Below, in pieces: positions 40,088 through 50,920 of a stretch of 64,000 nt of DNA (its first letter is position 1; the number at the start of each line of letters is the position of its first letter). The translations under genes were made by a program, and so were the position numbers. Location: positions 640,001 to 704,000 of the forward strand of contig CBDCDA010000002.1 in assembly GCA_965215335.1 (NCBI GenBank). Direction: 5' to 3'. The notes below the pieces were generated by a model, which saw nothing but the letters and a program-made list of their open reading frames with translations, had not been told where the DNA came from and did no database searches. The stretch is from an uncultured Candidatus Entotheonella sp. Lineage in GTDB: Bacteria; Tectomicrobia; Entotheonellia; Entotheonellales; Entotheonellaceae.

Positions 40088-42139
40088 ATGGTGCCCACAC
40101 GCGAGATTTACGGCAACATCGTAGGCGGCGAATGGGTTTACGCCTTCATGGCGGTGTCCTTCGGCATTCTCGGCTGGGCGCTTTGTCGACGCTATCGCCT
40201 GTGGATGCAAGGTCGCCCGGAAGACCGTCTGCACGACGTGTGGCGCCGCTGCAAAGAGATGTTGGTATACGGCCTCGGGCAGCAGAAGACCCTGCGCGAA
40301 TGGCCGGGGGCGCTGCATTTCTGCCTGTATGCCGGCTTCGTGGTGCTGTTCATCGGCACCCTCATGGTGGCGGTGCACGAAGACCTGGGCATCGAATTCC
40401 TGCGCGGACCCTTCTATCTCGTTTTCTCCCTCACCCTGGATCTGTTCGGCCTGCTGTGCCTGGTCGGTGTGGCGGGTCTCACCTGGCGGCGCTACGTCAT
40501 CAGGCCCAGTGGCCTGGATAATCGCCGCGAAGACCTCATCGTACTGGTGTGGTTCATCGCCGTACTGCTCAGCGGCTTCCTCGTCGAGGGCGCCCGCATC
40601 GGCGGCACCGAACTGCGGCAGCACCCCGACTGGGCGATCTGGTCGCCGGTGGGCGCCCTGATCGCCCTGGGATTCACCGCGGTGGACGTGAGTGAAAGCC
40701 AGTTCCTCTTCTGGCATCGCGTGTGGTGGTGGGCCCACATGGTCATCACTTTCGGGTTCCTCACGTACATCGGCTTTTCCAAGCTCAGCCACCTTATTTT
40801 CTCCCCGGTCAACCTGTTTCTGCACAAGTTCCGCGCCAACGGCGAACTGGCGCCTATCGCCAACCTGGACAAGGCACTCGAAGGCGATGAAGAAGCCTTG
40901 GTGAGCGTGCGCCTCGGCGCCGCCAGCTTGGCGGACTTTACCTGGAAACAGCTCCTCGACCTGGACGCATGTACCCGCTGCGGGCGCTGCCAGGACAACT
41001 GTCCGGCGTGGCTGAGCGGCAAGCCGTTGTCGCCGAAGTTCGTCATCCTGGACCTGCAGCAGCACATGAACGCCACGGCTGCCGCGGTGCTGCGCGGTGG
41101 CGAGCCCGACGACGTGTCGATGATCGGCGACGTCATCTCGGAGGACGTGCTGTGGTCCTGCACCACCTGCCGCGCCTGCGAGGAACACTGTCCGGTCGGC
41201 ATCGAGCACGTGGACACCATCGTCGACATGCGCCGCAACCTGGTGCTCGAGCAGGGCCGCATGCCGGAAACCGCCGAGGCGGCGCTGCGCAGCCTGGAAC
41301 AGCGCGGGCACCCGTGGCGCGGCACCCAGGAAACCCGTATCAGCTGGACCTCGGGTCTCGACATCCCGCACGTCGCCGATCATCCTGACGCCGACTACCT
41401 CTTCTGGGTCGGCTGCACCGGCGCCCTCGTTGAGCGCAACATCCAGGTCACGCGGGCGCTGGCCGGCATTCTCAAACGCGCCGGGGTCAGCTTCGCCATC
41501 CTCGGGCAGGACGAAACCTGCACCGGCGACCCGGCCCGTCGCCTGGGCAACGAATATCTGTTCCAACTGCTGGCGCAGCAGAACATCGCCACCCTGCAGG
41601 CCCACAATGTGCGCAAGATCGTCACCCACTGCCCGCACTGCTTCAACACCCTGAAGAACGAGTATCCACAGTTCGGCGGCCACTTCGAGGTCATCCACCA
41701 CAGCCAGCTCATCGACCAACTGCTCGCCGCCGGCCGCATCACCCCCACCCAGGCCAGCCGCGACAAGGTAACCTACCACGACGCCTGCTACCTCGGGCGG
41801 CACAACGGCGTGTTTACTGCGCCGCGCCAGTCGCTGGACACCATCCCCGGCTTGCGGACACGGGAGATGCAGTGGAACCAACGGCGCGGGCTGTGCTGCG
41901 GCGCCGGTGGTGGGCACGCCTTTATGGAGGTCAATATCGGCCAGCGGGTGAATCACGTCCGTACCGAGCAGGCCATCGAAACCGGCGCCGACGTGGTGGC
42001 CACCGGCTGCCCGTTCTGCATGCAGATGTTCGCCGACGGCGTCAAGGCCAAGGGCGTGGAGGAAACCCTGCGGGTGCAGGACATCGCCGAGCTGGTTGCC
42101 GAATCGCTGCCGCCCGATCCGGGGGAGACCTCGACATGA
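40088..42139 (+). CDS. Membrane heterodisulfide-reductase-related Fe-S protein (FadF-like)
   Basis: N-terminal TM block with His residues; [24 protein letters not shown]; two CCG domains (CTGD..CPHC; YHDAC..CCG..CPFC). Confidence 0.9.
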   Translation: MVPTREIYGNIVGGEWVYAFMAVSFGILGWALCRRYRLWMQGRPEDRLHDVWRRCKEMLVYGLGQQKTLREWPGALHFCLYAGFVVLFIGTLMVAVHEDLGIEFLRGPFYLVFSLTLDLFGLLCLVGVAGLTWRRYVIRPSGLDNRREDLIVLVWFIAVLLSGFLVEGARIGGTELRQHPDWAIWSPVGALIALGFTAVDVSESQFLFWHRVWWWAHMVITFGFLTYIGFSKLSHLIFSPVNLFLHKFRANGELAPIANLDKALEGDEEALVSVRLGAASLADFTWKQLLDLDACTRCGRCQDNCPAWLSGKPLSPKFVILDLQQHMNATAAAVLRGGEPDDVSMIGDVISEDVLWSCTTCRACEEHCPVGIEHVDTIVDMRRNLVLEQGRMPETAEAALRSLEQRGHPWRGTQETRISWTSGLDIPHVADHPDADYLFWVGCTGALVERNIQVTRALAGILKRAGVSFAILGQDETCTGDPARRLGNEYLFQLLAQQNIATLQAHNVRKIVTHCPHCFNTLKNEYPQFGGHFEVIHHSQLIDQLLAAGRITPTQASRDKVTYHDACYLGRHNGVFTAPRQSLDTIPGLRTREMQWNQRRGLCCGAGGGHAFMEVNIGQRVNHVRTEQAIETGADVVATGCPFCMQMFADGVKAKGVEETLRVQDIAELVAESLPPDPGETST

Positions 42140-43371
42140 CCCTGAGTCGAGTTCAGGGCAGGCCGCCGCGGCCGATCTATCTGGACCACCACGCCACCAC
42201 GCCGCTCGACAGCGCCGTGCTGGAAGCCATGATGCCGTATCTGACCGACAAGTTCGGTAACGCCTCCAGCCGCACCCACGCTTACGGCTGGGAGGCGGAG
42301 GAAGCCGTGCACCAGGCCCGCGAGCAGGTGGCGGCGCTGATCAACGCCAGGCCGGAGGAAATCGTCTTCACCAGCGGCGCCACCGAGTCGGACAACCTGG
42401 CGCTGAAGGGCATCGCCCGGGCTTACTGGCAGGCGGCCACCGTCCGCGACCGCGGCAATCACGTCATTACCACCACCACCGAGCACCGCGCCATCCTGGA
42501 CGCCTGCCAGACGCTCAAAGCCGAAGGCTTCGAGGTGACCTGCGTGCCGGTGGACCGCGGCGGATTGGTCGATCCGGAAGACGTTCGTAGAGCCATCACG
42601 CCGCGCACCATCCTGATCTCGGTGATGTACGTCAACGCCGAGATTGGCACCATTGCCCCCCTCGCCGACATCGGCGCCGTGGCGCAGGAATACGGCGTGC
42701 TGTTTCACAGCGACGCGGTGCAGGGCGTCGGCAAGATTGCCTGCAACGTGGATGATCTGCGCGTCGACCTGATGTCCATTTCCGCCCACAAGATCTACGG
42801 TCCAAAGGGCATCGGAGCGCTGTACGTGCGTAGGACGCACCCGGAGCGGATTCGCCTACAGCCGATGATCGATGGCGGCGGCCAGGAACGTGGAGTACGC
42901 TCTGGCACCGCCAACATCCCCGGTATTGTTGGCTTTGGCAAGGCGTGCGAGTTGTGCCAGGCGCAATGGGAAACGGAAGGCATCCGCCTGCGTGGCCTGC
43001 GGCAGCGCCTGCACGACGGGCTGACGGCGCGCATCGACGACGTTTATCTGAACGGCCACGCCGAGCCGCGGCTGCCCGGCAACCTGAACCTCAGCTTCGC
43101 CCACGTACAGGGCGAATCTTTGTTGCTCAGCATGCAGCATGTGGCGGCGCTGTCGGCGGGCTCGGCATGCTCGTCGGGATCTAACGAGCCGTCCTACGTG
43201 CTGCGGGCCATCGGCATCGACGATATCCTCGCCAACGCCTCCATCCGCTTCGGCCTCGGGCGCTCCACGACGGCCGAGGACATCGACGTTGTGATCGCTG
43301 CCCTGGTGGAAAAAGTGGCGCGGCTGCGCGCGCTGGCGCCCACAAGCAACGTGCAACAGACTGGGCGTTGA
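42136..43371 (+). CDS. iscS: Cysteine desulfurase (group I)
   Basis: [41 protein letters not shown] overlap with upstream gene. Confidence 0.93.
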   Translation: MTLSRVQGRPPRPIYLDHHATTPLDSAVLEAMMPYLTDKFGNASSRTHAYGWEAEEAVHQAREQVAALINARPEEIVFTSGATESDNLALKGIARAYWQAATVRDRGNHVITTTTEHRAILDACQTLKAEGFEVTCVPVDRGGLVDPEDVRRAITPRTILISVMYVNAEIGTIAPLADIGAVAQEYGVLFHSDAVQGVGKIACNVDDLRVDLMSISAHKIYGPKGIGALYVRRTHPERIRLQPMIDGGGQERGVRSGTANIPGIVGFGKACELCQAQWETEGIRLRGLRQRLHDGLTARIDDVYLNGHAEPRLPGNLNLSFAHVQGESLLLSMQHVAALSAGSACSSGSNEPSYVLRAIGIDDILANASIRFGLGRSTTAEDIDVVIAALVEKVARLRALAPTSNVQQTGR

Positions 43372-43433
43372 ATCGGCTGAACGCATGATAACACGGGCGG
43401 GTGTCCGGCCCGCCCCTTGGTATCCCTATCGTC

Positions 43434-45899
43434 ATGGCGATCATCATTCCAAATCTCAATCAGAGTCACACGAAAGCGACGCCCGGTGAAAGGCGGTTCG
43501 CGTATCGGCTGGAGCGCCTGCTCGAAGACGATATTTGTGCTTCTACGACGTACCCGTGGGGAAGCGGCGGCGCTACCCGGATTTCATCATCCTGCATCCC
43601 GGCGCGGGCTATTGTTCCTGGAAGTCAAGGACTGGAAACCGGGTACCATGAGGCGTATCGATACCAGAACATCGAGTTGTTCACCAGCCGCGGCTTGCAA
43701 ACCAAGGTCAATCCGGTCGAACAGGCGTGGCAGGGCGCCCACCAGACCATCGACATGCTCAGATGCGATCCGGATTCGCGGGAGAAACAGGGCAGATACA
43801 AGGGGAATCTGCTGTGTCCCCTATGGCTATGGCGTGGTATTGACGAACATTTCCCGCAAGCAAATCCAGGCTGCCGTGCCGGATGACGTTTCCGAACGTG
43901 TACTGCCGGGTCACCTGCTGATCTGCCAGGACGAGATGCTGGAGCATACCGACCCGGAAGCGTTTCAGGAACATCTTTGGGGACAATAGGTCGGACAGAA
44001 TTTAGGCCGCCCTGTCCGCGATCGTGCCATAGTTGCAAAGGTCTTGGTATTCGGGGCTGGATTTTTCCAGGCTATGCCCCTGGGCTAAATACCGAGAAAT
44101 TCGCTCAAGCAGGTGTTGGTTGAAGGCGCGACGTTTGACACTCGCCATGGAAAATCCTGCCTGGCTAACGCCGCTTTGCTGCCGAGCTTCCAGTTTGCCC
44201 AAACTCATAGCACTCGTGCTCGCATTGAAGTGAACATGCAGCTTGGCTTGGGAACGCGCTTGACAGGCACTCAGAGACGTAAACTGCTTGGCGTCCCGAA
44301 AGAGAAATTCGATCTGGAAGCGCGCTTTGCAGGCGCGATAGAGGCTGTGCACATCCACGTCGGTATCCGTGCTGAACAGCACCGCCCGCCGGTGAGTGCG
44401 GGTATCGACCACGAGCACCACACGCAGATTGCGCCGAAGATGCACGTGGTTGAGGACTTGGTGATAGAGCACGACGGCGTCGTCTTGGCTCGCTACACGC
44501 TCAAAGCGTGTCAGGTCGTCCCAATGGACCTTGCCGTCATAAGTCTTGGGTCGCCCGGGTCCTGGGCGTCCCGGTCCTTGGTAGAGATAGCGCAGATTGG
44601 CGTCACGGCGCAGCTTGCCAATCTGATGCAGCCCCAGGGCGTGGAGTCCGTCAAGGAATTTACGTTTGCTGTAATAGCCATCCGTTATCACATGGCGTAG
44701 ATGATGGAGTTGGTGGTCGCAGACCACGCCTCTCAATTGCGCCAGCCAGTCATCGATGCGAGTGCCTTGCACCTCAGAGGTCTTGTCGCTCGGTGGTGTC
44801 TGCTCGACACTGAGGCCATAGGCGCAGTTGTCAGTGATGTCGAGCCAGGCCACCGCAGAGACTTCCAGACCTTTTTCACTGCGCCGCTGTCGGCTATTCC
44901 AGAAGTGCTCAAGACCATAGGTGTGATTGCCACTTTTGGGGATGAAGCTGGCATCAATGACCAGAGCCTGTTGATGCTCGGGCGCGATGACCTGGGTAAT
45001 CGCCGCCTTGTTGAGTGAGACGAAGTCGAAGGGGCGGTCGTACCAGCGCGCGAAGGTGCGCTCATGATACGAACTGTAGCGGCTGAGATTACGAAACGTG
45101 GCATGGCCGGGAAGCATCAGTAGAAGTCCCAATAGATGGGCGATGAATTTGCGTTGCGGTTTCTTGGCTTGGGCCAAGGTCGGCAGTACACTTTGAAGCA
45201 GTCGCACGGGACACCTCCATTCTTTGGTTGCGTGGGCTAACACAACTATGGAATTGGAGAACCCGTGCGACTACCTTGCTCTCAAAACTGTCCGAAGTAT
45301 TGTGGGGAATGTCCAATTGTCAATTCGACAGGGCGCTAACCCCGTCCGAGGTAGACCGCATCCGCTGGCACCTGTACCCCGAAATCCGAATTGACAGCCT
45401 GGAGCTTTTCCGCAAGACGTACCCGATGCCGTTTCCGTCCCGGATATCGTCAAGGTGATGGACATCGAGCAGGAACAGTGGGCCCGCGGCCTCGGCGATG
45501 GGCATCGCGTCATTCACGGCGTGGCGGGTTCCGGGAAAACCCTGATCCTGGGATGCCGCTCCGAGGTGCTGGCAGGGATAACTGGCCAAGCCCAATACTC
45601 GTATTGTGTTTCAACATTGCCCTAGTGGCGAAGCTCAGGAGTCACATGAGCAGCAAGGGCATCACCGACAGTGCACGTCTACCATTTTCACGACTGGCGC
45701 GGAGAACAGCTGGAAACGTGTCACGTCGACGTCGTCAAAGGCGACAGAAAATATTGGGAACCCGGAGAAAGTCGCCGAGGAAAGCCGCCTGCTCTATGTC
45801 GCGATGACACGCGCACGCGAATGCCTACTGGTGACGGCGAGCGAGGCGAACGTCTACACGCAGAAGATGGCATCCATCGCCGGTTGCGAAATTACCTGA
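43434..45899 (+). pseudogene. NERD nuclease + UvrD-like helicase, frameshifted, deleted and IS-interrupted
   Basis: TPGERRFAYRLE, PDF, LEVKDW, IRWHLYPEIRI, HGVAGSGKT, LLYVAMTRAR in different frames. Confidence 0.82.
43984..45302 (-). mobile_element. Intact DDE insertion sequence (IS4/IS701-like), transposase 44002-45207
   Basis: Imperfect TIRs CAATAnnTCGGACAG; 6-bp TSD TGGGGA at 43978-43983 and 45303-45308; VIDAS, TDGYY, RFQIEFLFRDAKQ. Confidence 0.9.
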
Positions 45900-45939
45900 A
45901 CCGTTCACCGAGGCCGACTTTATGGAGTATCGACACCTC

Positions 45940-46737
45940 ATGGTCGCAACCGCCCTCACCATCGCCGGCTCGGATTCCGGCGGCGGCGCCGGTATTCAGG
46001 CCGATCTGAAGACCTTCGCGGCCCTCGGCGTGTACGGCGCCAGCGCCATTACGGCGATTACGGCGCAGAATACCCGCGGCGTTGACGCCGTGCAGGCTGT
46101 TGACGCCGACATCGTGGCGGCCCAGATTCGCACCGTGACGACTGATATGCGCATTGGCGCGGCGAAAACCGGCATGCTGTTTTCCGGTGAGATCATCACG
46201 GCCACTGCCGTGGCGGTGCAGGAGGTCGGACTGCCTTTTCTGGTGGTGGATCCCGTCATGGTGGCGACGAGCGGCGCTCGTTTGCTGCTGCCGGCTGCCG
46301 AGGCCCGTCTGCGCCGTGACCTCATCCCCCTAGCCACCGTCGTGACCCCCAACCTGGCGGAGACGGAAGTGCTGACCGGCTTCAAGGTGCGTACGCTCGA
46401 CGACATGCGCGCCGCTGCCGAGCGTCTGGTGGCGCACGGCGCCGCGGCCGTGGTGGTGAAAGGCGGACACGCCATCACCAAGGCCACGGACGTGTTTTAT
46501 GACGGCAACCGCATGGAGTTGATGGAGGGCGTCGTGGTTGAAACGTCGAATACCCACGGCACCGGTTGCACCTTTTCTGCCGCCATTTGCGCCTATCTGG
46601 CACGCGGCGCCGACCTCCTGGACGCCGTGCGCCGCGCCAAGACCTATCTCACCGGCGCTCTGCAGAACGCCGAGCCGATCGGACAGGGCAGCGGGCCGGT
46701 CGGGCACTTCTGGAACGTCACCCATGCCGCGGAGTAA
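45940..46737 (+). CDS. thiD: Hydroxymethylpyrimidine/phosphomethylpyrimidine kinase
   Basis: IAGSDSGGGAGIQADLKT, DPVM, KGGH, THGTGCTFS. Confidence 0.95.
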   Translation: MVATALTIAGSDSGGGAGIQADLKTFAALGVYGASAITAITAQNTRGVDAVQAVDADIVAAQIRTVTTDMRIGAAKTGMLFSGEIITATAVAVQEVGLPFLVVDPVMVATSGARLLLPAAEARLRRDLIPLATVVTPNLAETEVLTGFKVRTLDDMRAAAERLVAHGAAAVVVKGGHAITKATDVFYDGNRMELMEGVVVETSNTHGTGCTFSAAICAYLARGADLLDAVRRAKTYLTGALQNAEPIGQGSGPVGHFWNVTHAAE

Positions 46738-47482
46738 GGCGATCCGGGACGCTGGCAGGCGGCCACCGCCTTTCCACGTGACGCAGCATCCGCAGACGCC
46801 GGGGCAGCCCCGCGTCAGCCTCAGCAAGAAGGCAACGGCTTCGGCCCCCGCCCGCCTGGGCGTCTTGGGCGGCGCCTACAATCCCATCACCCTGGCCCAC
46901 CTGGCGGTCGCCGAGGCCACTAGGTCGCATTTCGGCATCGATGAGGTGCTGTTCCTGCTGCCGCAGGTGCCACCGCACAAAACGATCTTCGGCGCCTCCC
47001 TGGAGCAGCGTCTGGAAATGATGCGACTGGCAGTAGAGGATGTCCCGCATGCCGCCGTGGGGCTCAGCACGCATGGCCTGTTCGCCGATATGTACGAGGG
47101 CCTGCTGGCGGTTTATCCGCAACGTCCGCAGGTGTTTTTTCTCACCGGCCGCGACGCTGCCGAACGCATTTTCGCCTGGCATTACGACGACGCCGAAGCG
47201 GCCCTGAAACGCATGTTCACATCCTTTCAGTTCATCGTTTGCCCGCGTCAAGGTCCTTTCACCTTGCCGGACGACCCGATTCTGACGCCCTACCGCGACC
47301 GCATCCATAGCTGCGAGTTGCCGCCGCAGGCCGACGCGATTTCCGCCACCGAGGTGCGCCAGCACTGCAAACGGGGGCTGCCCATCGACGATCTCGTGCC
47401 CGCCCCCGTGGCCGCCTACATTGCTGCCCACAAGCTGTATACGGCGTCGTCTCCCATGCAAGGCGCCGCTCCATGCACATAG
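46724..47482 (+). CDS. nadD: Nicotinate-nucleotide adenylyltransferase-like
   Basis: GVLGGAYNPITLAH, PPHK, ISATEVR, YIAAHKLY; start uncertain. Confidence 0.78.
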   Translation: MPRSKAIRDAGRRPPPFHVTQHPQTPGQPRVSLSKKATASAPARLGVLGGAYNPITLAHLAVAEATRSHFGIDEVLFLLPQVPPHKTIFGASLEQRLEMMRLAVEDVPHAAVGLSTHGLFADMYEGLLAVYPQRPQVFFLTGRDAAERIFAWHYDDAEAALKRMFTSFQFIVCPRQGPFTLPDDPILTPYRDRIHSCELPPQADAISATEVRQHCKRGLPIDDLVPAPVAAYIAAHKLYTASSPMQGAAPCT

Positions 47483-48528
47483 GCCTTATCGGGCGCCCGT
47501 CCTGTGGCAAGAGCACCGTTTTCCGCGCCCTGACCAGCGCCGCCGCGCCGGCCCAGACCTCGCGCGCCGGTGCCAAGGGCGATATCCGCGTGGTCGAAGT
47601 GCCGGACGCCCGCCTGCAGACGCTGGCCGACCTGTACAACCCCCGCAAGGTCACGCCGGCCGTGGTGTCGTTTGTCGATCCCGTGCTGACCGGCCAGACG
47701 GGTGCGCGTTTTGCCGAAAGCCTGTTGACCCTGATGCGCGACGCCGACGCCCTGGCCCACGTGGTGGGTGTGTTCGGCGGCGACGCCGACCCGTTGGGCG
47801 ATTTCAGCGACCTCAACAACGAGGTGCTGCTGGCCGACCTCGCGGTGGTGGAAAAGCGTCTGGAACGCGTCACCAAGGACCTTGGCAAAATGAAACAGAC
47901 GGACCTGCAACGGGAACAACAACTGCTGCATCGTTGCCAGGAAGCCCTGGAAGCGGAACACGCGCTGCGGTGTCTGGACTTCAGCGAGGATGAGCGAAAA
48001 TTCCTGCGCGGCTTCGGCCTGCTGAGCAGCAAGGCCCAACTCGTGGTGCTCAATCTCGACGAAGACCACCGCCCGACCGCCGCGGCGCTGGGCAAGGAAT
48101 TCAGCGACAGCCTGGCGGATGACGACGTGCAGGTCATCACCGTGTATGGCCAGATCGAAAGCGAAATGGCCCAACTCGACCCCGAGGCGGCCGAGCTCTT
48201 TCAGCAAGACCTCGGCCTGCAGGAATCGGGGCGCAACCGTTTCATCCGGGCCTCTTACAAGCTTCTCGGCCTGTGCTCGTTCTTCACCGCCGGTGAAAAA
48301 GAGGTGCGTGCCTGGACCCTCCCGCACGGCGCCTTGGCGCAGCAGGCCGCCGGCGTCATTCACTCCGACCTGGCGCGCGGCTTCATCCGCGCCGAGGTCA
48401 TCCATGTCGACGACCTGGTGGCCAGCGGCTCCATGGCCAAAAGCCGCGAGGCCGGCAAGCTGCGTATCGAAGGCAAGACGTATGCGGTTCAGGACGGCGA
48501 CGTCCTGACCATTCGTTTCAACGTTTAG
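47473..48528 (+). CDS. ychF: YchF family ATPase (DUF933 C-terminus)
   Basis: GxxxxGKST, VPDARL, FFTAGEKEVRAW, IHSDLARGFIRAE, YAVQDGD. Confidence 0.85.
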   Translation: MHIGLIGRPSCGKSTVFRALTSAAAPAQTSRAGAKGDIRVVEVPDARLQTLADLYNPRKVTPAVVSFVDPVLTGQTGARFAESLLTLMRDADALAHVVGVFGGDADPLGDFSDLNNEVLLADLAVVEKRLERVTKDLGKMKQTDLQREQQLLHRCQEALEAEHALRCLDFSEDERKFLRGFGLLSSKAQLVVLNLDEDHRPTAAALGKEFSDSLADDDVQVITVYGQIESEMAQLDPEAAELFQQDLGLQESGRNRFIRASYKLLGLCSFFTAGEKEVRAWTLPHGALAQQAAGVIHSDLARGFIRAEVIHVDDLVASGSMAKSREAGKLRIEGKTYAVQDGDVLTIRFNV

Positions 48529-48553
48529 GCACCTGAAAAGCAAGGAGCGAAAC

Positions 48554-49807
48554 ATGGCAGACAAGGCCCTGGAAGGCGTGCGCATCCTGGACATGACCCA
48601 CGTGCAGTCAGGACCGTCCTGCACCCAGATTCTCGGATTTCTTGGTGCCGACGTCATCAAGCTGGAGCCTCCCGGACGCGGCGACATCACCCGCGGGCAG
48701 CTGCGCGACCTGCCAGACATCGACAGCCTCTACTTCACCATGCTCAACTGCAACAAACGCAGCATCACCCTGAACCTCAAGAGCGCGCCGGGCAAGACGA
48801 TCTTCACCGAATTGCTCAAGACCTCCGACGTGGTCGTCGAGAACTTCGGACCGGGCGTGCTGGCCCGGCTAGGCTTCCCGTGGGAGACGATGCAGGCGGT
48901 CAATCCGCGCATCATCTACGCATCGATCAAGGGCTTCGGCTCCTACGGTCCGAAGAAGGATTTCAAGGCTTACGAGCCCATCGCCCAAGCCATGGGCGGC
49001 TCGATGAGCACCACCGGCCTGGCCGACGGGCCACCGTTGTGCACGGGCTCGCAGGTCGGCGATTCCGGCTCCGGCATTCACATGGTGGCGGCCATCCTGG
49101 CGGCACTCTTCCAGCGCACCCACAGCGGCCGCGGCCAGCGCGTCGAAGTGGCGATGCAGGATAGCGTGCTCAACCTGATCCGCGTCAAAATGCGCGACCA
49201 CCAGCGGCTGCAGCGTGGCACGCTGCCCGAGTATCCGAACACGCCTCTGGCTAACAGGCTTGGAAGTGACGCGGTGCCGCGCTCCGGCAACGCCTCGGGC
49301 GGCGGGCATCCCGGCACGGCTTTGCGCTGCAAGCCCGGTGGCCCGAACGACTACATTTACGTGGTCTTCCAGCCGCAGATCTGGGACGCCCTGCTGCGCA
49401 CCATGGGACGCGAGGACCTGATTGGCGATGCGCGCTTTGCTACCCCGGCGGTGCGCCTGCAACGCCTCGACGAGGTGTATCTCCTGGTGGAATCGTGGAC
49501 CTTGAATTACACCAAGTTCGAGGTGATGGACCGGCTGAACGCCATCGACGTGCCCTGCGGTCCGGTACTCGACAGCGCCGACCTGATCGAGGACGATCAT
49601 TTGCGGGCGCGCGACATGATCGTCGAGGTGCCGCACCCGCAGCGCGGCACCTTCAAGACGGTTGGCAGTCCATTGAAGCTGTCAGACTCGGCAGTGGAGC
49701 TTACTTCGTCGCCGCTGCTGGGCGAGCATACCGCCGAGATTCTGGGACAAGTGATGGGCTACGGTGCGGACGAGGTCGACAAACTGCGGCAGGATGGGGT
49801 GATCTGA
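48554..49807 (+). CDS. frc: Formyl-CoA transferase (family III CoA transferase)
   Basis: HVQSGP, YFTMLNCNKRS, GDSG, GNASGGGHPG glycine loop. Confidence 0.9.
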   Translation: MADKALEGVRILDMTHVQSGPSCTQILGFLGADVIKLEPPGRGDITRGQLRDLPDIDSLYFTMLNCNKRSITLNLKSAPGKTIFTELLKTSDVVVENFGPGVLARLGFPWETMQAVNPRIIYASIKGFGSYGPKKDFKAYEPIAQAMGGSMSTTGLADGPPLCTGSQVGDSGSGIHMVAAILAALFQRTHSGRGQRVEVAMQDSVLNLIRVKMRDHQRLQRGTLPEYPNTPLANRLGSDAVPRSGNASGGGHPGTALRCKPGGPNDYIYVVFQPQIWDALLRTMGREDLIGDARFATPAVRLQRLDEVYLLVESWTLNYTKFEVMDRLNAIDVPCGPVLDSADLIEDDHLRARDMIVEVPHPQRGTFKTVGSPLKLSDSAVELTSSPLLGEHTAEILGQVMGYGADEVDKLRQDGVI

Positions 49808-49820
49808 ACAGACCCGTGAA

Positions 49821-49912
49821 GAATTGTGGATTGTGGGTTGTGAATGGCGGATCGAAATCCAAAATCAGCAATCTGAAATCACCAATTCCAAAATCACCAG
49901 TCACGAATCCCT
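49821..49912. repeat. Two inverted tracts of degenerate 7-mers between convergent genes
   Basis: gaattgt ggattgt gggttgt gaatggc ggatcga, then aatccaa aatcagc aatctga aatcacc aattcca(a) aatcacc agtcacg aatccct. Confidence 0.75.
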
Positions 49913-50905
49913 GATTTGCTGGCGGGTGTGTCCCAGGCCGGAGAGCTTGAATTGAAAGGTGCCATCCAACATGGCCCGCAGTGCCCGAATGACCGCCTCG
50001 GCCGGCAGGTTATGCAGCCCCAACGGACCCGGCGACGCGGGATGCATCACACAGGCCCGTTCGCTGCGCGGCCCCCACACCAGCGGGTCGGTAGGCCCGA
50101 ATAAGGCCAGCGTGCGCGTGCCAACGGCGGCCGCAAGATGCGTGACGCCGGAGTCGTGACCCACGAAGACCTCACACCTCGCCAAGATTGCCGCCAATTC
50201 CGGCAAGGGCGCGTTTCGCAGCACCTTCCACGCCGGGCTGAGGAGGGTCAGCAACGGGCCGATGCCGCGTTCTTCCTCGGCCGGCCCGCAAATCAATAAG
50301 CCGGGAACGCCCTTCCCGGAAGCCCACGCCATCACCTGTTGCCAGCCTTGCGAGGGCCACAGCTTGTGCCGCCCGCCACTGCCGGGATGCACGGCCAACA
50401 CACCCTGCTCCGGCAAGCCCGCCGATTGCCAGAAACGACCAGCGGCCTGCCGGCTCTCCGTATCGGGATAGACGCACGGCTGGGCAGGTGGGACTTGCCC
50501 CACAAATCGCAGCGCGGGCTGCAGCAGGTGGTCGGTTGCGTGTGTCCCACCGCGCGGGTGCGGCGGCCAAGCGAGGGTTTTGCCGGGACAGTACCGCTTG
50601 AGGTTGTCCGTGAAGGTTGCATCGGGCGTCGGAAGGTAGGACAAAATCAAGTCGAACCCGCTCAGGTAAGCCGCCAGTTGCTGGGACACCCGTGGCTCAT
50701 GGCCGAACAACCGGTAGAGTTCCCACTGCTCGGCGTCGGAGATGGCGTCGGCATAGGCGGGGTGGCGCGCCAGGCAGACCCGCTTGGCGTCGCCCAGGAC
50801 GTCGATATGCGCGTTTGGAAACGCCAGCCGCAGGGTGCCGATCGCCGGCAGGGTGAGAATCACGTCGCCAATCGCCCCGCCGCGTATGACGAGTATCCGT
50901 TGCAC
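49901..50905 (-). CDS. Glycosyltransferase family 9 (heptosyltransferase-like)
   Basis: RGGAIGDV, HPGSGG..K.W, DSGVTHLAAA, LFGPT. Confidence 0.9.
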   Translation of the reverse strand: MQRILVIRGGAIGDVILTLPAIGTLRLAFPNAHIDVLGDAKRVCLARHPAYADAISDAEQWELYRLFGHEPRVSQQLAAYLSGFDLILSYLPTPDATFTDNLKRYCPGKTLAWPPHPRGGTHATDHLLQPALRFVGQVPPAQPCVYPDTESRQAAGRFWQSAGLPEQGVLAVHPGSGGRHKLWPSQGWQQVMAWASGKGVPGLLICGPAEEERGIGPLLTLLSPAWKVLRNAPLPELAAILARCEVFVGHDSGVTHLAAAVGTRTLALFGPTDPLVWGPRSERACVMHPASPGPLGLHNLPAEAVIRALRAMLDGTFQFKLSGLGHTRQQIRDS

Positions 50906-50920
50906 CCCCCGCCACCTCGC

